Shown here: positions 24,901-36,900 of the stretch, one piece after another | How positions within the stretch are numbered: position 1 is the stretch's first letter | Layout: each line of letters opens with the position of its first letter | Assembly: GCF_036971445.1 (NCBI RefSeq) | Contig: NC_091471.1 | Location: 241,676,001 to 241,740,000 of the forward strand | Direction of reading: 5' to 3' | Source: Narcine bancroftii | Taxonomy: Eukaryota | DNA length: 64,000 bases | The notes under the pieces: model-generated | Databases searched by the model: none | Told to the model about the DNA's origin: nothing | The model's input: only the letters and a program-made list of their open reading frames with translations | Translations under genes and position numbers: made by a program

Positions 24901-27900
24901 ACAGGGGAAGACGATGGTCAAGGTGATTATCTCTCTACTATTACACTAAACTATAAGATGCAAGTTTAATTGGGTCAGAATTATCTTTTTTTTTCCTTGC
25001 AGTTAATTCAATAATTATGTATGATAGTTTCAAGCATGTGATTGGTATTAGATTTTTCTACAATTTTAACTAGTTCAGACCAGCAAATAAAAATGTTCTG
25101 ATTTCTAATGTTGGACATCAATTAGCTGTTTAGGTTGGAAATGATTTTAATGAGCAACTGTTTATCATTAAGGATTAGCTGCTGTCTTGATGCCCACTGT
25201 GTAGGGGATAGCAATTTGCTATGATTTATCATAATGTTAAATAAATTAAAAAAACAAAAATACAAGATGATTTTAAAGATTTTTGGAATGCGACTAAGCA
25301 GTCCAGTAGTCATGAATTTCCTTTGGAAAATGAATTCAATTTTTAAATTTTGAATGAAATCTTTTAATTTGGACATAAAGCATGGTAACAGGCCATCTTG
25401 GCCCATGAGTCTGTGCCGCTCAATTTACACGCAATTAACCTAGACCCCATACGTTTCGAGCAGTGGGAGGAAACCAGAGCTCCCAAGAAAAACCCACGCA
25501 GACACGGAAAGAACATACAAACTCCTTACAGACAGCGCGGGATTCTAATCCCGGTCCCTCTTGCTGGTGCTGTAACAGTGTTGCGTTAACTGCTATGCCA
25601 ACCGTGCAATACAAGGTTTCCCATTAAATTAAGGACAAGTGGCATAAAGTGAAAATATATTCTTTCCAATGACTTAATGTTTTTTTTAAATGAAATTTGA
25701 ATGGTTCTCTGCAATGAGGAATTGAGAATAGTGGTGTATTGGAACTAGGCCATTTTGAAGTAAAATAGGAATGTGTCCCAAACAAGGGTACTGAAATTCT
25801 TAAACTTTTATTTCTCTCTGTTTCTGTTTCTTCCATGTTAACTGTTACTTCCTCTACAAATCCAAAAACTTTTTTTTAAGATGAGAGTTTTAATAGTTAG
25901 GACCATAATATTGGGTAAAGAAGACTGTTATGATCTAATTAAATTGTGGAATAGACTTGAATAGAAGACAGGCTTGGTTCTATTGCTGTGTTTGTACTTA
26001 TTTTATGTGAGTATCTGATTATGTGTATTTTGTTCCTGTTAGGGTATGATGGCTATGATTACAATTACAACCAGGATTATTCAGGAGATTACTCAGGAGA
26101 TTACTCAGGAGATTACTCAGGAGATTACTCAGGAGATTACTCAGGAGATTACTCAGGAGATTACTCAGAAAATTATGGCTATAACCCTGGCAATAAAGCT
26201 TGGAATACTCCCAAAAACCCCAACACAGATACCATCATCGCTAAGATCAACCAACGCCTGGATATGCTCTCTCAGCTTGAGTGTGATAACGCACCAGGCT
26301 CCTCTTCCTGGTCTTCAGGCCACTACAACAGGTATCTTCTGGAAAGTCACTAGATGGTAAAATATTGTGTGGAAAAAGTGAAGAAATTCAACTTGGGACT
26401 GATGTGGCATTTTAAGTTTAAATAGGCTAGCACCCATGTCAGCTCTACCTCCACCCCATCCCCTCCCAACCAACCAACCCCAAAGAGAAACTGGTGCTTG
26501 CCTACAGTATGGTGAGAAAACACTGGTTTATTAATGTTATATTTAATGCTGCAATATTTATCATATTTGAAACAACTCATTTAAGCATGGATCTAACATA
26601 GATTTAACCAACATTGTTTAAACCTCATTAATCCTGCTTATGTCTCACTTAGTATTTTGTGCCAGACATTCGAATCATTTTGAAACCACCAGGATTGTCG
26701 GCATAATTGACCCTAGGTTTGGTTGGTTGTTTTAGGAATGTGAATGGGTCTTCAAGGATTTTCATCTGCAGTACAACATGCGCTTGGTAATGTGTAGAGT
26801 ATAGATTGCCTTGACATTATAAAATGCCCAGTCTTTCCAGTAATTAGGTTATCTTGACAACAACTTAACATATGTAACTGAGGGCTGCGGTGAGTTGATT
26901 CATCATTTTAAAATGCAAATTTGGAGGCTCTTTTCTCCATATCTGAAAAATTTGCCTTTTTGGTGCTCTAAGCCATTCATTAGCCACTGTCGTTAGTAAT
27001 TGTTACCGACTCCAAGGTGAAACCTCAAACACCATGATTACCTGAAATATCCTGTTTAGTCTTTAGTCTGCGTTCACTGATTGATTGGCAGAGGCTTGTG
27101 CCCATCGTCCTTTCCAGCTACTGATTAGATTCCTTGCTTCCTCTGCGACTCTTTCAGGTTTGCACCCTATGAGTCCTATGACTCCAGGTCTTCAATGAAT
27201 GACCATGATCCGTACAGATCTGGCTACGGCTATGGTTACGGTGATTCTGGACCTAATTATAACGATTCCTATGGAGGTCATTATGACCACTACGACAACT
27301 CCTACGGCTCTCGCAGAGATCAGTACCACCACAGAGCATATGGGAGCCAACGGGGTCAGAATTGGTCTAGAGACTGGGCTCCAAATAAGAGAGCAAACTG
27401 GAATGACCCCTACATGCAGCCTGGAAGTTCCAGGCGGATGTCTGCACACTGGAATGAGCTGTCAATGGGAGGCAGAGGCTACAATGCTGCCTCCTCCACC
27501 AGAAACCTCCCTTCGCTCTTCTCCCCAAACATTATCCCCATGGACCTGTTCCGAGCTCAAGGCTCGGCAAGAGCGTTTGGTGGCAGACAGCGAAGGAGAG
27601 ACAAGACTCGAACCAGAGGCGTAAGTACCTATCTTAAAAACACAAGCATTTTATTTTACTCAGTAGCCAGTGGGTATAATCAGTGAAAAATCTAAAAAAA
27701 GTTAATTTGCAGATTTTTTTGTGCAGTGTCCATCGTCCATTTTTAATCTCAAATCAGGTATTCATTCTGCTAATGCCCTTCCTAGCAATGGAAGAATTTG
27801 TAGCTTCATTGGTTGAGAATAGGGCTAAATGTTCAGGTTTTACATTGATGCTAATTATTCTTGCGTGTTGCAGGACCATCTTCCAAGTAAATTCATTGTG

Positions 27901-30900
27901 TAAACATTTCAGTGTTTCGATTTAATGTAACACTTTATAAAATAATTTTATTTTCTCTCAACTCTTGCACCCCCTCACCCCAAACCCTCAAAGCAATACC
28001 TGTTGAACAATCAGACATAGCGTTGGCATGGTTGAGTATTGGGTATTAAGGGACTGAAGGAGTCCTGAACTTGGTCATAATTGATTAACTATGCCGCTAC
28101 CTTGGTGGGGTGGGTTGCCTCATGTGTTGGGATGCTGGGTTGGCAAAAAAGCCTTTTTGGTTGGCTTTAAGAGTGTATTGTATGCCATGCTGTCAAAAAT
28201 AACTTGATAGTAGTGGAGACTCTAAGTGTTACATGACAATCTAATTTTGCATTTTCCAGTTGGTTACACCTGTCTGGTTTGAGTTACAGATTAATATGCT
28301 TCCAATATGATGTTGTAATACATCTTATTTACAGGATTTTATGATAAATCTTTTTGGCTTCTGGCCTTGCTTAAGTAAACTCTGGAATTCTTAAAATTGG
28401 CTTTTTATTTGGCATAAGTAATTCTTTAAGAGTTTGAAATTTGATTCCAATGCAAGCTGTCTTTGTTTCTTATTAGAGAAAGAAGGTTATAGTTGGTCCA
28501 GGGAGGAAGAGGAAACAATCAACAAGTAGTACTGAAGACCCTGAAAACAAGCAAGCAAAAACAGATGAAGATGACGGTGAAGACGACGCTGGTAGTGTAC
28601 ACCACTTTGATACTCACTTGGGCCTTCTATCTTCTTGGTACTGAGAGGAGCAAGTGAAAGTTGGTCATGTTGTTTGAGCTCGAGAACAAATCCTGAACAG
28701 GCTCTGATCCAGAAAGTCGGCAAATACAATCTGGGATTTAATTGCTGAAAGGATGGATCCCAACAGTAGAGATGCCTTGCTGCAATTGTAGAGTGCTTTT
28801 GTGAGTGTACCCTTGGAATTTGCCCACAGTTGTAGTGGTTTTATTTAAGGTAGATCATTCTCCCTCACAGACCTGTGTACATTTAAAATTGAAATTTTTG
28901 TACTAAAGGAAATGAAGGATTATGGAGATGAGGCCTGGAAGTGGACCCAGCTGTTATAAAGCTCAAGCCATTCTAAATACATTAAATGCAGATTACAAGG
29001 AATGGATGCTGCTCAAGCAAATATTGAGAGGCTGGAGGGCCTCAGCAGGTCAAGCAGAGCTCCAAAGAGAAATGGGCAGTTGCCATTTTTGGTCAATATC
29101 CTTCAAAACTGGTGAGGAGCTGGCAACCATAAAAGGCGGGGTGGGGGTGGAGAGGAACGAAGAAGTGATGGAATGCTGGGCCAATTAAAATGAGAGTAGA
29201 TGCATGTAAAGACAGGGAAAGAGTGGAATCAGATTGCGGTGGTGTCACCTGAAATTCACTATTAATGGTGTTGGATTCAAATTCAAATACCATTTGACTC
29301 GATGGGTCCCTCCAGCTACTCATTGCTCAAAATTCCAGACTTTGTATTCCTTGTGTTTCTTAAATATGTTGGATTGCGGGGCAGTGACTGTGCAGTCAGA
29401 GGATTGTAGTGTAGAAAATGATTTGGATAGAGAGTTTTCTAATCAAAAGTTATAGTAGCTGAAAAATTGGAAACCTTATGCTATTTACAGTAAGAAATCT
29501 GAAATTCTGGGCTAGAATGTATGCAAATTAAGTTAGTCTCGTGAAATTGGGTTTATGGTTAAAGATCATGGTTGTTAGTGAACAATTTAATAGAATCAGC
29601 TCAATTTTATTTCTACAGTTGAAAGCTCCTCTGTGTGATTTGATGTGATAACCATTCAAGCAATTGTTTATGCTGTTTTTATTGCAGAAGACAAGGAAGA
29701 CGATGGAGCTGATTCAGTAAGTACGAACTTCATTTGTCTTTTCTCCAAAAATACATCAACCAGAATGTAGATTCATTTTTCTGCTTATTAAACCTGTTTG
29801 GTTGTTAAATGTGGAATTGTTATGAAATTAGAGAGGAGGCAGAAAATGCCTTGGATTTAACCAACTTATCCCTTTTATTAGACAAATGAATTGTTGCGTT
29901 CTTTTTGTGATTTTGCTCCACTGAATTCAATTTCAAAACTTGAATTATCTGCTTCATGCGGCTGTAAAACAATTTAAATTGGTATTCCCTCTCTCTGGTC
30001 AAGAGATGGCTTCAGTTAAACTGTCCAAATTAATATCTATCAACAAGTTGAATTTTAATTGGTGTAATTGAAAATTATTGACAATTAAAAACAAAGGTGT
30101 GTGTAGTCAATACTGGATGGTGCATGTGGGGTGTGAAGCTTGGTCAGGACCTGAAATTTTAATGTACTCGCATTCTTTTTCAGGGAGGTGAGGACAAGGA
30201 TCCAAATGAGAAGAAACCGAAGCGTTGTAGGTTTGATCACAGATCCCGAGAAAATGTTGCATCACTTACTACCTTCATTAACTAGTAATCTCAAACTACT
30301 CAGATGGCAATCTACAGATTCTGCACATGTAAATGTTATACTTTCCATTCATCGTCTTGCACATTCATTTAAGATGGTGGAATAACTTGCATTAGGCTTT
30401 TGCCAGTTTAATGAACAGACAGTGAATAAAGATTGAGGGTTTCAATGGGTCAGGCAACTACAACAGCTGGTCAAATTGCTTAACTGTCATTGGTCCTGGA
30501 TGGGGCAAATTTATATTGAATATGAAACATCAAGAAGATCACAGTGATGTTACAAAAGAGGGTGCTGCTTGTCTAGGAACAATGGGATCTCAGAGTAAAT
30601 ACACTGATGTCTAAAAGTTGCACCTTAGCTGAACATTGCCATTAAATACATTTTAAGTTTAAAATTAGACATACAGCATGGTAACAGGTCCTTCCAGACC
30701 ATTCACCTGTGCCGCCCAAATAACCTACATCCCCGGAACATTTTGAAGGGTGGGAAGAAACCCATGCAGACACGGGAAGAACATATAAACTCCTTAAAGA
30801 CAGCACCTGAAAGCTAGAGAACTTGTGCTAAATTACCCTTAAATAGCTTATAATTATGAAAATTGCACACATGATTGCCATTAGAAAAACAGACTGGAAT

Positions 30901-33900
30901 GGTGCCAGAACTGCAAGAGTGTACAGATCAATGAAAGGGAAGAGAGGAGTAAACAGACATAATGATTAAAGTAAAATCACTAGTAAATCACAAAATTCTG
31001 TGGAATAAAAAAAACACACAAAGCACAAAGCTGGGGAAAATCAGCACGTCAGAGTACTTTGTATAGTAAAGGTACATAACCAAATTTTAAGGCTTGAACT
31101 CTTCATCGATAATGAAGGACTCAAGCCCAAACTGTTGGTAATGTATCTTTATCTTTACTATATAAAGTACGCTGTTTAACCTGCTGAGTTTTCTCAGCTT
31201 TGTGTTTTTTTACTTTAAGATCAATAAAAGATGTTGTTTGCTCCAGAAAAGGAGGTCAAATGCAATGTGGCAATTACCATTTAGTAAATATAGAAGTGTG
31301 CAACATGATTTAGGTATTATTTTAATACTGCCATATTGGTACTACCCTTGTTCCTTCAAATAGTTCCAACTATGCAAGAAAAGAAAAAGACTGGCAAGCC
31401 CAAGAAGAATCGTGACCGCCTCGCAGAAAGGTATAGTTTGAGGATGGTTTTTGCCAAATTTAAGAACTTAAAACTTAAGATCAATTTTGTACATTGTCAT
31501 GTAATGAGCAAGATTTCTATTATTTGGCACTTGATCCTCATTATCCCTTCTGTTTTTGCTTGTTTTTCAAAGTAGCGGAATTGTTTAAATATTGTTATGC
31601 AGTCCTCAACTTGTCATTTTGGAGTTGCTATGTTAGTTTTGTGGAAGAGGTCATTCTACCCAGAGCATTCAAGTTCTCTATCAGAATATTAGCATGGACA
31701 CTGGCATAAAAATCTTGGATGCTTTACTGATTGCCTTACCTTTTTTTATCGTTGATTTGATATGAGCAACGTGGTTTCATTCGGTTAGAAAATGTTTCAG
31801 AAGCTCATGAATATGACCAAGATTCCTTAGCTAACTAACTGCCTTGTTTCTTATAGGATAACATATGCCTGCTCAGTTTGTAAGTTTCGTACATTTGAAG
31901 ATGAGGAAATTGCCAATCATATGAAGAGCAAATTTCATCAGGAAACTTTAAAATTTATCGGGACCAAGCTCAAACCTGAAACTGCTGACTTCTTGGATGT
32001 ACGTACGTGTACGTGTGTGTTGCTATGTTTGTAATGCAAGATGGAAAATCTGTGGCCTTCCATTTTTAATATCGCATTTATTTTCCTTTGTTGAAGTTTT
32101 GATGACATTGCCTCATTAATGGATAACTTTTAAAACCTGCTAACAGCAACTTGGAATTTATAAATTAATTGAAACATGCTCCAGGCCTTGGAGTTCAGTG
32201 TATTAAACTGAGAGGTGACAAGATTACATTTGAGGCCATAATATGATCTGGAGTCACTTGTGACAAGCTGCTTGTTTCTCCTTGTTACTTTACATCTCCA
32301 TTAAAAGAGCCCTGTGATCATGGATTACAAGGCATTGGGTTCACTTAATTTCTCTCCGTGCCACTTTGGCTGTAGGTGTTGTTTATTAACTTAGAGTTGA
32401 CAGAATCTCTTGATTTGTTTAAAACTATTGTTTAAAATATGTCAAATTTGGTGAATTGCTTTGATTTGGGGAATTTTGTGCATTTAAAAACTAATTCTAG
32501 GGGCATTGGTGATTGGAGAGCAGATCCAAAATATTTTAAGTTCGAGTTTATTATCATCTGACTGTATATATACAACCCGACGAAACAGCGTTTCACTAAA
32601 TACTCAACTAAATACATAAAATATAATTTAAAATAAATATATTTTGGGATGATTTTTCTCAATTTAAATATAGATGATTTCTGTATAGTTGGACCCCCCC
32701 TCATTATGGCTTTTTTGGGTTGTGGAAATTGTTTGCCCTTTCAGAATTTAAAAAATTAGATATTTAAGCTATTGCATAAAATTTGTTTTTATGCCATTTG
32801 TGAGGGAAAAAGTAAGTGAATATATTTTTCCTCAACTCTTCTTTTGATTCAGTTTCAGATGATGACCGCTCTATGGGCTGCTTTCTAGAAACACCATAAC
32901 CCCTCCGCCCTTACCCCCATTCAACCCACCCCCCTCTCCTATGTACATGCTCAGCTGTTGTGAGTAGTCAATGTTTAAACATTGACGAATTCCTTAAGTC
33001 ATTTACAGTTTATATTTGACTCTGATCAAAGCTTTGTGTTCCATCTGGATAATGTTCATTGTCATTTGGTAGAGCAACTGTGGATATGCCTTTAACTTGT
33101 GCATGCTAATTGTCTTGGTATTTTGTTTCAGGAATACATTTCAAACAAAAACAAGAAAACACAGAAACGACGAGAGCAAATAGGAGATGAAACTATTCTA
33201 AAAAAGCAACTAATGCAGCAGCATGACGTGCTTCAAGGTATGTTGGAAACAAAAGCATCTTTCCATATTGATTATTTTTGTTTAGTTGGCACAGTGTATA
33301 GAACAAATTTTTGCAATTTGATCATCTTTCTGGAATGATATGTCCAGTTTCTACAAATGTGTCTTCAGGAAGCATTCTGTAAAAGTACAAATACTGTGTT
33401 TGAATTCTGGCATTGAAAGAAAATTTGGAAGTATACTGGATAGATTTTTATAATTAGTGTGAATTTGTTGTAACTATAAAATAATGGAAGTGGAGTATAA
33501 AAACCCAAGACCAAATACCTCCATGTCCAAAAGCAAAATAGCGGTTATGCTGAAAATCTGAAATTAAACATAATGAACCTCAGCAGTTCAGGCTGTACCA
33601 ATGAGGAGAACAGAATTAACCATAGAAAATCATGCCCTTGGCCCTTCTAGTCCAAACTATTACTTTGCCTAGTCCCACCCATGTGCACCCAGTCCATACC
33701 TCTCCCATCATGTACCTGCCCAATGTTTTCTTAGACATTAAAATTGAGCTCGCATTCACCACTTCGGCTGGCAGCTCGTCCCACACTCCCACTCTGTGTG
33801 GAAAAAGCTCCCCCTAATGTTCCCCTTAAACTTTTCCCCTTTCACCCTTCACCTATGTACTCTGATTTGTATCTCAACTGACCTCAGAGGAAAAGGCCGA

Positions 33901-36900
33901 CTTGCCTTTACTCTATACTCCTTATAATTTTAAATACCTCTGTCCAATCTCCTCTCATTTTTCTCCAGAGAATAAAGTCCTAACTTGTTTCACCTTTCCC
34001 TGTGATTCAGTTCCTGAAGCCCCAGCAACATCCTAGTAAATCTTCTCTGTACTCTTTCAACATTATTGATATCTTTCTGAACATTTTAGGTGGATATCCT
34101 TGCAGTTATGAAGAAAGATCATTGACTAGAGGATTGCTGCAATTTGTGAACACATTTTTGTCTTAATTCTGCTGCAGGTATTGGTATGGAGCAGTGCATG
34201 AAAAAGGTGGAGGCAGCTCATTGTATGGCTTGTGATTTCTTCATTCCAATGCAGACTGGCTTCATTGGACAACATTTAAGGTCACCTGATCATATCAGAA
34301 ATCGCAAAGTAAGTGAAATAGCCTCTGAACAAATTTGGGAGTAAGACAGGTGGATGGGTTCAGACAGTAGTCAAATCTTTTCAGAATTCATTATTATGGA
34401 TCTGCGCTTAGAACCATAGAACATTACAGCACAAAACAAACCTTTCGGCCCTTCTAGTCTGTGCCCAACTATTATTCGGCCGAGTCCCACTAGCTTGCAC
34501 TTAGACCAATGCCCTCCTTACTTCTCCCATCCATGTAATGGTCCAACTTCTTTTTTGAATGTTAAAATTGAGTCTGCATTCACCATTTCAGCTTTATATT
34601 AAAACCAACAGCATCTCTAGAATTTGTCATGTGCAAACATGCCTATTTGAAAATAATTAATCAAACATGTTTCAAATTTAGTCAAAAAGAAAGCAGGCAT
34701 TTGGGATGAAGGAAACTAAAATTGCACAGACTTTTGAGGAATATAAAGGAAATAGGAAGAACATTAATTGGACATTTGGAGGACTAAACGGAGTAATGGA
34801 TAATGTTAATGTGCAGGATAAAAGAAAAGACCAAGTGTTTTCATTCATGCATTAAAAATAAGAAGGAAATTGGGAAAATAAACATAGGTTAACTGATTAG
34901 AATATGCAGGTGACACAACAATTGATGGAGTTGTGGATAGTGAGGAGTTGTTGAAGGATTCAGCAGAATATTGATCCTCTAGAATTGTGAGCCGCCAAAT
35001 GGCAGGTAGAGCTTAATCTGGACCTGTGTGAGGTGTTGCACTTTGAGAGGACAGAAGGAAGGAAAGTGGACAGTAAATAGCAATCCCTTCGGAACACCAA
35101 TGTACAGGAGATTTTGGGGTGCAAGTTCATAGCTCGCTGAAAGTAGCAACACAATTGGGTAACAAAGCCAGCATTTGGCATACTTGCCTCGAAGGTTGGG
35201 GTGTTGAATATAATACTGCAGCTGTACGAAACTTTAGTTAGTGTGGTCTTGTCGCTGCTTTACAGGAAGGATATAGAGGCTCTGGAGAAGGTGAAGAAGG
35301 GGTTCACTAGGACGTTACCTGAATGAGGGAGTATTAGCTATGAGGAGTGGTTGGTCAAAGTTGGAATGTTTTCTCTGGAACATTGGAGTTTGAGAGGCAA
35401 TCTCATAAAAGTAGATAAAATTATGCAAGCCGTGAAAGGTTAGAATCTTTTTCCCAGAGTGGGAATATCAAATATTAGCGAGTATATAACTAAGATGAGA
35501 GGGTGGAATTTTAAAAGGACATTTACAGTAGTGGTATCACCTTTACTATAAATTTGCCATTTTCACTTCCCTGAGATGCACTCCATTACATCCAAGGAGG
35601 GTATCTGCCTTAAAGCCAACTAGTTTGCTCAGTACTACCTTTTCACTGACAGCAACTGTATGGAGGTTCTTACCTCCTGTCGCATCCATATCTTTCTGGC
35701 ATATTAGGCATGATCTCACCGTGAAGACTGACACAAAGCTTTGGCCATTTTTGCATTACTCCCTAATATTAATCCCCTCCTCTCATCTTCCAAGGGGCCT
35801 GTGATTACTTGAGCCACACTTTTCCACTTTATATAATAATAAAAATGTTTATTAGCTGTTACAGAAAATAAGAGAAAGTGAGAAAAATAATAGGGAAAGA
35901 CTGATGCGAGTCTTGACGATAAAGAGTTCGGATCAGATCATTTTTTCTTCCTTTGGACGGTGATTGATCTGCTGAGTTCCTCCAGCAATTCTGTCTTCAA
36001 AATTTCAGCATCGGCCTCTTTTGCATTTCTCTGAAATGTTAGAAGTTTATAGATGTTTTAATTAAAGTATAGTGTAGTGCTGGACACAGCCAAGAAAGAT
36101 TCAGCCACCACATTGAAAGTTGTTAATGACTTTTTATTCCAAGTCAGCGTGCGCTCTTTTAAGGGCAGCAGCGTGAGCTGTCACCTCGTGCATTGTGACA
36201 TCATAATCAGGCAGGAGACTTTAAGCAGGGAGAAAACCCTGACTGCGCCATCTTCCCTTGGCTGCCCCACCACATGGCTTTTTTATAAAGTTTGCACAAA
36301 GTGATCAACAGTTGAACTTTATTTCACCCGGGAGAGGGGGGGGGGTCCATAAACATTGTCATTTTGCATGCCATCTCTTTGTCTATCAAGTGAAGGATGC
36401 AAGAGCTGTTTTCCCAGCAGGGTCTTTATAATGAAGAATTATTTTTGTTGAAATGATAATCCTATCAAGTTCTATTCAGTGGTTGATTTTTTTCGATTGT
36501 TTGTACATCATCCACAATGGTTACAGCATTGTTATTTTTATAACCCATTGTGTCGATACTGGCTCCATGCGAGAGTAATGTTTCCCTGTCCTCTCCCTTG
36601 CCGTACAATACTTCAGGAGTTCTTTTCCTTGAAAGAAATGAGAAATTTAAGGTTGCCTTGTCAGTAGCCAGGAAGTCTTTCATGGTTGCGTGGAAATCCC
36701 ACTCCCAGCTAAATATCACACAATGGAATATGGAAATACAATGTTCCATTCCCCTGTGGAGAAAATCGCCTACAATTTATGGAAGAGATATGATATGTTT
36801 GTTGAAATGTGGAACTGTTTGTGAGGCACATAGGTGCACAGATATAATTCACAACCCCACCCCTGAATAAGAGAAAAGAAACAATCCGTCCCAGCAGGTA

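Noticed and set aside
26075-26170. CRISPR-like array
   Set aside because: No spacers; it is a eukaryotic coding minisatellite
26046-26360. ORF with ITQE repeats
   Set aside because: Alternative frame of the DYSG repeat; splice phases and homology select the other frame
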